A DNA stretch of 64,000 nt from assembly GCA_053919585.1 (NCBI GenBank), contig CM132819.1; one strand, 5' to 3'. The notes below the pieces were generated by a model that saw only the letters and a list, made by a program, of their open reading frames with translations, had not been told where the DNA came from and did no database searches. A program made the position numbers and the translations under genes. How positions within the stretch are numbered: position 1 is the stretch's first letter; each line of letters begins with the position of its first letter. Below are positions 11,730-24,128 of the stretch, piece by piece. This stretch comes from Euprymna scolopes. Lineage: Eukaryota.

Positions 11730-12874
11730 ATTTCCACTTGAATGTAATGGGCTTCTATTTAGGATTATGTCAAACAGGGATTGTGAGGAATTGAGTAGCG
11801 AGATGTTTGTTCGCATTACATTTAAACTTTTTTAATGTCAGTACAATATGGGAATGAAGAAATAGGGAAAGAATTCCAAAGTATAACAGTCTGAATGAAG
11901 AAAATATTAGAGTAAAAGGATTTCTGGCATCTAGGGACCCCAACACTGTAGAGGTGGGATTTTGCCACTGTTCATGTAAGTCAGGAGTATATACGTTGAG
12001 GTGAACAAATACTAAAAAAATCATCAGGGTACATTCTATTAAACTTTGCTGTCTTTTAATGATGTATCTACACTCCTATAATTTTTTTTTGTGTGTATTG
12101 ATATTCATATTAAAAACTCTTTTTTTTTTTAATTTATTTAAAAAGAAAATATAACTTCGTTATATTCCAAAAGTAAGGCCTCCTATTTTTTCAGTCAAAA
12201 AACAAAATGTTGAAGAACTCAGAATACAAGAGTAGTACCATTATATTAAGCGACCTTTTATGTTCCAGAATCTAGCTAATTAGCATATCCTTTTAAACAT
12301 TCATTTTGAATTAATTCCCTATTAGTTTCTATGGTTTTCCCATGGGATGATCATCTTTAGTTAACTATTACGAGCAATACTAATGATGCAGATATTCTAC
12401 ATGATTTATACTTGTGTAATATTTGCGCAAAAAGGTTACAGTAAAAACAAACCTCTTTCAATATATTTATGTATGCGTATATATATTTGTTTAATAAATT
12501 TTGCCTACTAGACTCCTCTATCCGTTTTTGGTCTACAGACATGAAACAATATATAGGCTATTCGAACACATGCGAAACTTTATATTTGGGTTTTAGCCGG
12601 ATAAAATTGATGCAAAAGTGTGAAAATTAAAAAAAAACTGAATTTGTCAGGTGAAGGTTGAACGATGGCATTACGAATATGCATTTGCAACGTAATAGCT
12701 ATTGGTTTATGTTTTAATTTTACCCATGCAGCAAACAAGTCTTCACGGCTCAGACATTAACGTAAAAGGAAAAAGTAAATCGTAAGCTAAACATTTTGGT
12801 TTCTATTCCTGGTGGTGGTGCATGAGTCATTAGTTCTTGATCACATTGGAGAGTGGTTCAACTTTCATATCTCT

Positions 12875-13112
12875 CAATGATGAAAAGAATAGAAGTTTTT
12901 TCCCCAGAACTGCTCGTCTGTGGAACACAATACCGCGTAGCTGCTACCCCGCTGACTATAACATGGTCGTTTACAAGTTCAATGTAAACAAGTTCTTGAT
13001 TAGCCGTCCTCTAAAATAAATTAGCTCATCCAATTTCCATCATCACTAATCATCACAGTACCCATAAATCCGTATCCTTGAATGACCCTCGGGCCTTGAA
13101 AACCGTGACTAT
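12875..13112 (+). mobile_element. CR1/L2-group LINE 3' end
   Basis: SFFPRTARLWN..YN...YKFNVNKFL C-terminus and 3' UTR shared with the 30173-33468 LINE. Confidence 0.75.
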
Positions 13113-13649
13113 ATAGTAAACATTTTAATAAACTTCAAGAACACTTCACATAAATCCGCTGTTTATTGCCACAATGAATGTGAAGGAAGTGTTTCTATAT
13201 TAGGCAGCGAAGTACGAGTATTGTTTATCTATATAATAAAGTAAAATCGATTTTCCCCTGGTGATTCAGAATCAAGTCGTAATTCCGACTGGGGATTTCA
13301 ACGTCAGTATTATTGTCTGATTAAGTTACCGAAATTATTAGTTGTGTTGCAATAGTTTTTGGTACAATCAAAACGTATGAGTACGAAGAATTGGACGATA
13401 ATATTTATAGCCAGGAGTGATGATAACAAACCAAAACCGCTGAATAAAACCTACTGAATCACTTTGAATTTTTTTTGGCATAGCTTTTCGTCTTGACACG
13501 AAAAGGAACTATGTTCTTCTGACACTGACTGGATTAATACTGGAATATTTTACAATTCAAAACTTCTCTGACTGGATTGCTGATATCAGTTTTTGACTGG
13601 GTCGTCTACATTTGATATTCGCAATTGGATATTTTTTCTCTACGATAGT

Positions 13650-13663
13650 TATTATTATTTTTA

Positions 13664-13722
<59 letters not shown>
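13650..13722. repeat. (ATT)n microsatellite
   Basis: Direct read. Confidence 0.9.
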
Positions 13723-13816
13723 GGATCAATTTTTATTGCACTTGGGATGCGTTTTTATGTGGACAAGATTGGATCAATTTTTATTACACTTGGGATGAGT
13801 TTTCATGTGGACAAGA
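13721..13816. repeat. 48-bp tandem duplication
   Basis: ttggatcaatttttattRcacttgggatgMgttttYatgtggacaaga x2. Confidence 0.9.
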
Positions 13817-14585
13817 AAAACGATAAATTCGAAGATATTATAAAGAAGTTACAGTTGAGCTTACAAGCACCTTGCCATTGAATGACGTCAACATGAATTA
13901 TCTACACAGTCACTTGGACAAAATTCAGAGATTTAGATGTGGCATAATGAAAAAGCTCCCTTTTGGGGGAGCTGAGGCTTTTGCATAATTAAACTTAGGA
14001 AGATACACAGACACAGGCAGAGGCAAACATTTCAAAATGCCAGCGTATATCAACCAGGTTTGACTAACATTCGTTTACGACCCCGGTTATGTCAAAATCA
14101 TTCGAGACCTCAGGTGTTCAAAAGAATCGAAATTTAAAAAAAAAAAAAAATTTTAAATCACAAACACACAAAAAAAATGTATTAAAACGTATATTTCTCT
14201 TCGTATCACTCTCTTTCACACCTTTTATCTCGCTTTCAATGAAAAAAGAGAGGAAATTTAGACCGAATTGTTTTAAAAAGTTTAGGCCGGAGACACCGAA
14301 CAAGACAGTCTCTTGCTAACTCAGAGCAGTTTGCGCGGTCTGCGATGGACGCGGTTCTGCAATCACGAATTTAAAATGCTCTTCAAATATAAAATAAGTA
14401 AGTCTATATTTTTTTTATAAATAAAAATTTCTTTGTCTGCTATGCTGTACAAACGTTCAATTTCAGTAAGCGGTCTCTGCCATCAACGACGATAAAATGC
14501 TGCCCGTTATGACGCCAGTCAAAAAAGATCGGAGACGAGACCCACCAACAGGTATAACCAGCGTCATGTCAACCCTAGTGATTCA

Positions 14586-14654
<69 letters not shown>

Positions 14655-15384
14655 CAAAACGGCCGCGCCCGTTGTTGTATGTCCAACAAAGGCTTTTTTC
14701 GGAGGGGGGGTTACTATTCTTTAGAACTTTTTATATATTACCTAGATTATAATATCTACGATTTACGAACGGACGTCGTATCTAGATTTATTTTGATCGA
14801 CTTTTATAAAATTTACGCTATTCCGTTCTGTCACATGTTTATTGGTGTTTTTCGTATAAAAGCAAATCTCATCAACGCGAAGACAGTCTCCTGGCCTTTC
14901 GTGCCGGGACGTCTGGAAAGCAATTAGATTTGATCAATGTGGGGAAAACCCTTCATATGAGACAATTGCTATTTGTTTGAGAGTTTCCCTTTTTCGGGGG
15001 AACTTGGTTTCCCCAACATCGTGCGGAAAGCTTACCTGGCTTTCAGCAAACTCATTCACTTAACAAGTCAACTTTTTGATTGACATTATTATTTTGAACA
15101 CTATTCAGTTCCTATGTCTTCGTCGCATAGCGGTAAAATATCGCGTTTTCTTTCACTTCCTTTTTCCGCCTTCGCATGACGGGTTCGAGCCTGCCTACTA
15201 ACACTTTTTTTTTGTGCTCAACACACACCTCCAAACACCCTAGTCTTAAATATTTCTCTTGTCCCTGTGCCTATCGTTGGATTGTTTATTGCTCCGGAGA
15301 GCTGGTTGCCGTGCGAGGATATAACAGTTCAAGAAACGTTCCCACGACAAATCAAGTAACTCTTCTCGAGTTCATGATCTAGGT

Positions 15385-15446
<62 letters not shown>

Positions 15447-15469
15447 ACGAAACAGCAGTACATGTGGAT

Positions 15470-15538
<69 letters not shown>

Positions 15539-15540
<2 letters not shown>

Positions 15541-15840
15541 CACATACGGTATTGATTTGTAGTATCATAACTCATCAGTGCGAATAGATATACACCTTTT
15601 CCCAGCCGTGGATCGAACCTACAACCGCCGTGTTGACAGTCGGCAGCTCTAACTATCGGACCTAGAATGAGTGCCCATAAATATCCCCTCCTCAAATGTC
15701 TATTAAATTAACATTTTCCTGTTGCACAGTGCTCAAACTATCAGTTTGTTTACAAACAAATAGTGAGCTTCATAGCAAGGAGACCAGACGTTGAATGATG
15801 ATCAACGGATATTTCACACTCCCATATTATATTGTCATCG
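15539..15840 (-). mobile_element. tRNA-headed hammerhead (retrozyme-like) SINE, family 2, degenerate
   Basis: Minus strand: tagttagagctgccgactgtcaac..ggttcgatcc (A/B-box tRNA-like head), then ttcgca-CTGATGA-gttatgatactac-aaat-caataccg-TA-tgtgaa (stem I intact, GAAA mutated). Confidence 0.6.
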
Positions 15841-16005
15841 AAATCGATGAAATCGCCTATTTTTCAAGCAAATCGATTGATTGCCTGCTCTAGTTGGGGG
15901 CCTATCACAGTTCACTGAAAGGAAGCTTCACGTACCTCCCCGCAGTGACTTAGTCTACAATACATTGTAGTCTACATTGCATAATCAAGCACCTACTTTG
16001 GATTT

Positions 16006-16048
<43 letters not shown>

Positions 16049-16999
16049 GCTTGAATAGAAGTTTAAAATGAAAACGTCAAGTATCATAGGATAATTGTAT
16101 TCTTAGCAGAAACATTTAGTTCGAACGCGCCCCTGTCATATCAAAGAGCCTACTGTTGATTTTATATATCGGGCCTTTCGGATTGTGTGCTAATAAAACT
16201 TCTCAAGTACACTTGCGATGTTAGGCTGTGTAAGGTTTAAACTTTGGTCAAAATTGCCTGTTTCTTCTTTCATTGAATTATTTCGATTATCGATTAACGA
16301 TACTTATCCAAACATTTTCCGATACAAAATCAATCTAAGAACACTGCCAGGCACATAATGTACCTTTGTGTTAAATTTCATAAAAATTGGCCCAGCCATT
16401 TTGGAGTCCATAGTGTCTTTTTTTATGTCGACAATTTCATCGTTCCACACTTTAAATACGTTTTTAATTTTATGTAGGTCATTTAAGCTTGCTTTTAATG
16501 CCTAATTTACATTGACGAATATTAAAAAATAAAAATAAAAACTAAATAAACATTACAAACAATATGATCTTTTGAAATATTTTTCTCTAAAACTTTCACC
16601 GAATAATATATCTCTACCCAGACAACGCCTGCTAAATAGAGCAGTTAAAATAATAGCGTGTAGTTTACACGTTGGCCAGCTAATCTGTATTCGTTTTACA
16701 TTGGGAATGGATTGGCCAATGCATTGACACTATTACGCCTTTGAAATCACCCTTTGAAGGGAATGTATTTGAAACGGACTGGGCAACGATGAAGGGTGTC
16801 GTTCTCTTGTAATGAGAATTGTTAAACAAGATATTGTCATATTTTACAGTAAAAACAAACAAAGAAACAAAGAACCAAAGAAAACAATGTTTGTCACAAA
16901 GGATGTTGGTCCCGTTTCTTTAAAATATTTTGAAGAGGAGGGCATTCTGCTGACGGTGTTTTTCTTTGAAACGCACGATATGAATACAGCATCCATCGA

Positions 17000-17005
<6 letters not shown>

Positions 17006-17051
<46 letters not shown>

Positions 17052-17083
17052 AGACAGAGAGAGACAGAGAGAGAGAGAGAGAG
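17006..17083. repeat. (GA)n microsatellite
   Basis: Direct read. Confidence 0.9.
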
Positions 17084-17766
17084 AAAGGGGTAAGAGGGAC
17101 AGACAAGGGGGAAGGAGGTGAACACACTCATGACACACATTTGTCGTTCCATCTCCTCTACTTATGCTAACAAAAGTCTGTGAACATATGACGTGGCGAC
17201 TCACGACCACCGAGAGACAAGGCCAGTTAACTGAAAAATGACGTCATGCATGTAGACAAATCTGTCAAACCGTCAGACTGACGATAATAAATCATGCCAT
17301 AATGTGAACATTGGCTAAAAACTTTTTTTAACCAATGTTCACATTATGGTGTGGTTGTCTTTTAGATTATTTCTTTAGTTATGTGAACTGTATTTTCGTA
17401 TTTATGTATTCTGCACTGATATGAAAATTAAGACTATAGCGGAGTATAGGATTCCTAACCATGTAACTGATGAAAACACGCTACACATTTTGATGGAAAA
17501 CAAAAAAAAAAATGGACATAAAAGAACAGAAAAAACAAACTTTCGATATAATTTCTGTATTGAAAGTAAAACATTATTAAAATATTTCAACATGTAATAT
17601 TTATATTTTACATTGAATAAAGTTCAGTTTCAGTATTAAGCAAATTGTCTTCCTTACTTTTCTTTTTTAATGTTCTCATGCTCTTTTTAAAAACAAACTG
17701 TCATTCATTATCGCATTTGCCTCACTTTTATACCTGGTAATATTTGAGGTTTAGCCGAAAACACTT

Positions 17767-18219
17767 ATAGGGGACACCCGGTTTTACCCGGGCATAAAAT
17801 ACGCTTTAATATGATATTTTAATTTTTTCAGGTTTCGTATATATTATCATAGAGTCGTTATTTAAAAAGCACTAAAAAAGTATTCGGGTGCCATCAGCTA
17901 GAATCGAAACTGTAGCATTCACAGCTGGTGACATTACCATTGCACCAACGTGACACGCACATATGCCGGTTGAAAATTAAAAATTAAAAATTAACTAAGA
18001 TGAATGTACAAAATGTTTAATGATTTTTTTTTCAATTTTGATCAATTTTAGACCATTTAAAAACAATTTGAACCAGCTAAAGACCCATTGCAGAACGGTC
18101 CATAAAAAATCCAATCATTTAGGGCCTCTAGCGCCACTCTGCGACTTTTAGTTTCGGAGGAGATAGAGTTTGAAAATTTGGAGACAGACAGACAGGCATA
18201 TTGCCGTTTATATATTAGA
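17767..18219 (-). mobile_element. Non-autonomous Helitron
   Basis: Plus-strand end acagacagacag..tttatatattagat (minus-strand TC start); left end hairpin cccggttttacccggg and sequence homologous to the 3' part of 8584-9315. Confidence 0.6.
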
Positions 18220-18344
18220 TTAAGACATTCGTTTCTAAGCATTAAATGAGGTTCACTACTACGCACTTTTTCATTATGATCAAAATTTGGTTCAATTAAT
18301 AATTTAATTTTATGTTTTTAAATTTTTGAAATGATGATTGATAA

Positions 18345-18785
18345 TTTGGATTATTTGGATCAATCGGACTACTGTTCTCATCTTCAGTGCAATTCGTATT
18401 CAACTCGTTTCCGCTGCTGTAACCTCTGACTTTCTTCAGGCTATGCTGTCGAACTCAAGAATTTTTCTCTCGAACTCATCCACAAGCATCCATGGCGCAG
18501 TGGATAAAGTACTTGGTTATTCAGCTAAAAGTTACAATTTCCACAAGGTTAGAGGTTCAGTATTCAGTGCAAACGGCACCCAAAAACAATAACGAATTAC
18601 TTTGGAATTTTATATAAACATGGATGAGTAAAAGAAAGTGGATTGTAAAAAAAAAATTTAATTTCGAAACTCCCTGCAGATTCCTGAGATCCGCAAAATA
18701 CACCCGAAGACCGGAGATTACGTCGACTGAAACGTTGTTCGAATAACACTGAAGTTGAGAAGAACAGTTCTAATAATTGAAATAA
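18345..18785. mobile_element. Penelope-like inverted element with tRNA-like interior (degenerate)
   Basis: cggactactgttctcatcttcag.. at left, acacccgaagaccgg..gaaacgttg..gaacagt at right; interior tggcgcagtggataa / ggttcag homologous to 7620-7720. Confidence 0.6.
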
Positions 18786-19299
18786 TAATAAAACAATAAA
18801 AAGGTAATATATTAGACGTTCTTTCTTCTTTCTCCATAACTGCCTTCAAACTTGCACAAATGTCCCGCAAATATTCGGTAGAAAAATTCTACCAGTGTTT
18901 TAATACTATCCTGACATACGTATTACTTCCAATAAACATTTCCCATATGCTTGTCTCCCTTTATCTGGTAATAAACCCAATTTTGAATTCTTGTTTGCGG
19001 GGGGGGGGATTTAGAATCACTTTTTAATTGCTAGTACTCCTTGCTTCACTGTGACCCGAAATGCTGGTTCCTCTCCGTGAGTTTTATATATACCTGCACT
19101 TTTGGCGGGATGATTCTAATATTTTCCCGATTCGAATACAATTACCGATTCCGATTTTTTAAAAGTACAATTATAAAATGTTTGGAGAGAGTTGCCTTTT
19201 GTGATATTTTTGTTCTTTTTAATTGCTGTTAGAATTCATGAAATATGTGCATATATTTTTGCAAACGTAAAAATACACTTGTGGAAGGTCTATCTGCAG

Positions 19300-19650
19300 A
19301 TTTTTATTTCACTGGTAGATTAAAATCAATAAGGGTTTTGTTGTTTTATCATTAGTGCCAGCAATTGAGAAAATAATTTAAGCTAAATCATTGGTGTGCT
19401 ATGTTGTACTGGTAGTATGTTCAAAAACATCCCAAATAACAAAATCCAGATGGTTTAGATCTGGGATAGAAGGCGGCCATAAACATAATTCCTCAAAATT
19501 TGCTGAAGTTGGATTTGCAGAAATCTTGTATTATTCTAGCTGTGTATGCTTGAGCAACATCCTGTGTCCAAACATAATTACCATCTGTGCAGTTTACTTC
19601 AAGACGTGCCAATGCCAATGCTTAGTATCTCAAAGTAGTATTAAAACACT
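19300..19650 (-). pseudogene. maT/DD37D transposase C-terminal remnant
   Basis: Minus-strand translation with frameshifts: WTQDVAQAYTA..PPSIPDLNHLDFVIWDVFE. Confidence 0.55.
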
Positions 19651-19779
19651 GGTAGAATTTATCTCCAAAATATTTGAGGAACATTTGTGCAAGTTTGAAG
19701 GCCTGGTATCTCAAAGTAAGGTTTAAGGTTTTGTTTGTTTGTTTGTTTGTTTGCTTAGGTTTTTTTTTTAAATTTTAAC

Positions 19780-20650
19780 TTGAGGTGTCTCCACTTATCA
19801 AGACCCGGAGGTCACTCTGAGATAAGGGCCAAGTGCTAGGTAAATAGTGACAGCATGATCGGTAATAGTGGAAGATTTTGTAGGAAAAAATCATTTAAGA
19901 GAACAGCTCAGCAGAAATTTATCCACATTAGACTTGAAAATAAACATGCTATAGGCAGCAAGGAAACAGCCACACGATATTGTGTTCCACAAACAAACAG
20001 TTCTAGGAAAGAATCTCCGCTCATTGAATTTTTGTTTAGTTTTAAACACAAATATAAAGTGATGGAAGTTGTTGACGATTCTGGTAGCTGGGCAGGTATT
20101 TGTTGCGAACGTTTTACGAGAAGAAAACATAGATTGGAGCTCAGTGGAGCACCTACTGCAAAAGTAACGATACAGACAGAGTTGCAACGCCTCTTCTTTC
20201 TGAAAGATGAAATAGGGAGATTTCGAAAGGTACGAACCGGTCCATACCGATTTTCACCACTAACGATTACTACGCTGTTGTCCTGGTTACCAATCGTATA
20301 CTCTCTAATTCTTATCTTCGAGTGGCTTCCGGACTTTGATAAGTGGTATTAAAGGATATGAAACGGTTCATACCGATTGTAAATCAGTTAGTCAAATCTG
20401 ATACTATAGAGAATAAGCAAAGATATATTTGATATAATGTTCGAAAGCTATCCCAGTCAGCCATAGAGTATGGATATACTGTACGATAGAGAGGTACATC
20501 TGATGACTTATTACATTTTGTTTTTATCTGATCTGAGAGAACAGAGTGACAGCACGGAGGATGAGCACAGCTCTGGGCAAGTTGTAAGAAAAAGATTAAG
20601 GAGTATTGCATACTGCCCATCAGTTTCAGGCACACGGGTAGGTTCATGAC
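19780..20650 (-). mobile_element. CR1/L2-group LINE fragments (3' end plus endonuclease-region piece)
   Basis: FFPRTVCLWN..FKSNVDKFL; 3' UTR ccttatctcagagtgacctccgggtcttgataagtggagac; upstream LSDQ..YRTVYPYSMADWDSFR homologous to the 30.8-31.1 kb LINE segment. Confidence 0.7.
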
Positions 20651-20689
20651 CCGGATTTCATCAATCTACTCGTTTCGGATTTTTTTTTT

Positions 20690-20940
20690 TACAAAGGAGT
20701 AACCACTTATCAAGGTCCGGGGGCAACTCGAGGATAAGGGTTAATGGGTGTACAGTTGTCAAGTTTTCAAAGGAAATATGTCGTAGTCATCGTTAGTAGT
20801 GGAAATTTGGTAAATTGGATTACTTAAGGGGATGGTTCATCAAGAATTTGTTCACATTGGACTTTTCGGATAGAATCTGGCTGGTTATCTCAAAACGATC
20901 TGCCTATCCTCATTTTTATATTAGGTGTTACAAAATCGGG
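20690..20940 (-). mobile_element. CR1/L2-group LINE 3' end
   Basis: Reverse complement of the family 3' UTR cccttatcctcgagttgcccccggaccttgataagtggttactcc plus A tail. Confidence 0.65.
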
Positions 20941-21282
20941 TTTAAGAACGGTCCACCGGATGGATTTGCCGGTGTTCGTTTTCTTTGCCCATAAAAGAAA
21001 TCTCATGTATTTGAAAAGCTGCTTGTTGCTAAGTTTGCTTAACAGGGGTTTTCATTTGATTACAAAATATTCTTTACATTATTTTTTTTTTTTGTTCATG
21101 TCAGATTTTCTTTTGCGTAGTTTGCTTTCAAATGTTTACATTCTATAACGTTTGTGGAAACATATTTACATTTTTAAGTGTTTAGCTGCCGTGGTTGCTT
21201 TTATATTCACTGTTTTCGAATTTACTCTAAATTGAGCACTTAATTGCTTTTCTTATATACATATATTTTATATATATATATA

Positions 21283-21555
21283 CTCATCCACATCCAGAAT
21301 GCTTCGCTGTATCACGTGTATTAAGTGGAACAACTGCCTCTAGCTGGAATTGAAACTCGACCGATTGGACAATTATAGGCACTTCTACCTTCTACAGCAG
21401 TTGGCTGCCACTAAGTAAGTAGGTGAAATTAAATTACAATGATAGATATTTCCAAACGTCTTAAGCTGCATTTCTTTATGCAAAATGACGCTAGTGACTG
21501 TTATTTCACTATCCAGTATGTTCAAGCCAAGAAACTGAGCATTTTTTAATCCATA
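21283..21555 (-). mobile_element. tRNA-headed hammerhead SINE (family 2), left part; continues at 22842-22877 beyond the mariner
   Basis: tcatccacatccagaatgcttcgctgtatcac.. and tRNA-like gagtttcaattcc; second hammerhead copy split by mariner. Confidence 0.55.
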
Positions 21556-22839
21556 TGAGGGGCATGCAATAAGTAATGCCCTTGACCCACTTCCCATAGC
21601 AGTAGAGCAACGAAACTTGGCACAGTTATTAGTCTTTCTCTACATACCCAGAGTTATGCATTTCTCCCATCGTTTGATGCAGCTCCGGAGACCGTTTTTG
21701 TAGAACACCCCAGGTTGGTCCTCCAACGACGACCTGACTTCAGAAATCAAGGCTGCATCACCTGGGAAACGCTTTCCTTTCAAAAATAACTTCATGGCTG
21801 GAAAGAGGTGAGATTCAGAGGGTGCAAGGTCAGGAGAGTAGGGAGGTTGAAGTAGGATTTCATAACCACACGCCCGTGCTTCTGATCTGGCGACATGCGA
21901 GTTGTGGACCGGAGCGTTGTCCTGCAGGAGGAGGGTACCTTTGCTAATCTTGCCCCGCCTCTTGATTTTGACAGCTTCTCTTAATTTTCTCAAAAGTAAA
22001 GCATAATAGGCTCCTATAATTGTGGTAAGCTTTGCCAGGAAATCTGTCATCACTACTCCGTCCTGGTCCTAGAAGACCGAGTATGACCTTGCCAGCGGAG
22101 GGCTGCACCATTGCCTTCTTTGGAGGTGGTGAGTCCAAGTGCTTCCACTGCATTGACTGGACTTTGGTCTCTGGATCATAGTGATGGACCCAGGTTTCAT
22201 CCTGTGTAATCAGCCTTTTGAAAAACTTTCACTCTTCTTCTTAGCACATCTCCAAATTCATCCTCGAGAACTCGACGCGTTCTCGCTTCTGGAATGGTGT
22301 GAGCAACCTGGGAATCCATCTAGCAGACACCTTATGCATATGCAAATGGTCATGAATGATAGTTTCCACAGACCCTGTACTAATCTTGACATTTTGGGCT
22401 ATTTGGCGAATAGTAATGCGCCGATCTTCCAAAATGGCCGCCTCAACTTGACGGACAGATGCCTCATCAATGGCAGAAGGGGGGCGACCAGGTCTGGGAG
22501 CTGTTTCCACAGACTTCTGGCCATGTTTGAATTCACGATGCCAGCGTTTTATTAGGTCATATGATGGGGCATTATCACCATAAGTTTCTTTCATTTCATC
22601 AAAAGTCTCCTATGGTGTGCGTCCTTTCAAATACAAAAACCGGATCACTGCTCGACATTCAACAGGCTCCATTTCACACCTGACTCAGTTCAAACACCTG
22701 TAAAACAGAAACTACAATTAGTTCAGAGCTGTAATTCGCCACATAACCCGTCGAGATATAAATCATTGCACATACAAAATTTCAGCTAGATATGACTACT
22801 GGAAGTGGGCCAGGGGCATTACTTATTGCTCGCCCCTCT
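21556..22839 (-). mobile_element. Full-length mariner (DD34D class) transposon, transposase pseudogenised
   Basis: ~38-bp TIRs (tgaggggcatgcaataagtaatgcccttgacccacttcc / ggaagtgggccaggggcattacttattgctcgcccctct), TA TSD; ORF from ATG 22672 with WIPRLL, QDETW, LQDNAPVH, YSPDLAPS motifs, premature stops and a frameshift. Confidence 0.93.
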
Positions 22840-22937
22840 TAGACAAAGCGTTTTGCTGTATAACAGCTCTTCAGATTTATATATATATATATGATGAAAA
22901 TAATGGAAATAGTATTCCGACAAAATAGAGAAAATAA

Positions 22938-23308
22938 AAAGGAACAAACCGTATTATGTGTTCATCAACGTTTCGTCTTTATTTCGAGACTTCCTCTGGA
23001 TGAATGAGATTAAGAAACAAAAAATACCAGCACAAAATATTTGAAAAAGTTTCACGTGCACAGTGTGACGTAGTTCTATTTCAGAGAAACGGAAAAAGAC
23101 GTTCTCTTTAACAGCGCTAGCCCTCACCCCTTCTTTTTGAATTTCCAACGTCTTTTTCCGTTTCTTTGAAATAGAGCTGCGTCACACTGTGCACGTGAAA
23201 CTTTTTCAAATATTTTGTACTGGTATTTTTTGTTTCTTAATCTCATTCATCCAGAGGAAGTCTCGAAATAAAGACGAAACGTTGATGAACACATAATACG
23301 GTTTGTTC

Positions 23309-23312
<4 letters not shown>
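22938..23312. mobile_element. Near-perfect inverted repeat (~166-bp arms) of Penelope-like terminal sequence with a hammerhead-like motif
   Basis: Arms 22938-23103 / 23147-23312; ttcatc-CAGAGGA-agtc..gac-GAAAC-GTT-gatgaa; fragment of the same family at 46757-46800. Confidence 0.75.
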
Positions 23313-23371
<59 letters not shown>

Positions 23372-24128
23372 AGTATTATAGATAAGGTCTATGAGAGCAA
23401 GAGTATTGCAGTTATGAAAAGCTCAATAGGCGTTGTTACCTAGAGCTATTTATAGAAAAGGTAACGGGTTAATAATTGTGAAAATATCAGGTTTACGTAG
23501 GGAGAAACATGACAATATCAAATTTTTTCATGTACGATCGTTTCGGAAACGATATCCTACTATTTATTCAATATTCACAAATAAAAGTATCGAGAAATAG
23601 TTCAAATATTTCTGGATATTGTCTCCCCATCAGCGTAAAAGGTGGGGGAAGACACCAACATTTTTTAACAAGCTTATCGAAGTTAATTTAGTTGTTGAAT
23701 CTTTGTGAGATAGTGTTTCCATGTTGCTTAAAAAAACCGTAAGGAGACGTCTCGGTGACCAAACCATTCATTGTTAAAGATATCTATCTTTTTTTTTAAT
23801 CTGAAAGATATCGTTGCTATTTGTAACCATTGTTTTAAAATCTAAAATAGATTATTCTATGGAACTTTCTTACACAGATTCAACCGAAAAAGACAATTAG
23901 AAAAATTGAAAAACTACAAAGAAAGCTTATTATGTAAGAACACCCCGTGCTGTATAACAATACTTGTCTGAATCNNNNNNNNNNNNNNNNNNNNNNNNNN
24001 NNNNNNNNNNNNNNNNNNNNNNNNNNNNNNNNNNNNNNNNNNNNNNNNNNNNNNNNNNNNNNNNNNNNNNNNNNNNNNNNNNNNNNNNNNNNNNNNNNNN
24101 NNNNNNNNNNNNNNNNNNNNNNNNNNNN

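Noticed and set aside
11698-11731. Functional U2 snRNA gene
   Set aside because: Only the first ~48 nt of U2 appear in any copy; no Sm site or 3' stem-loops, and the array is bracketed by a TSD
13593-13881. Poly-Y, poly-I, YI, CV and SL repeat ORFs throughout the window
   Set aside because: Translations of (ATT)n, (TA)n, (TG)n and (GA)n microsatellites
14586-15382. Possible non-autonomous Helitron with internal tRNA-like boxes
   Set aside because: TC start and a CTAG are present but no convincing subterminal hairpin or second copy
19855-20352. 165-aa plus-strand ORF
   Set aside because: Antisense to a LINE 3' fragment; no recognisable domain
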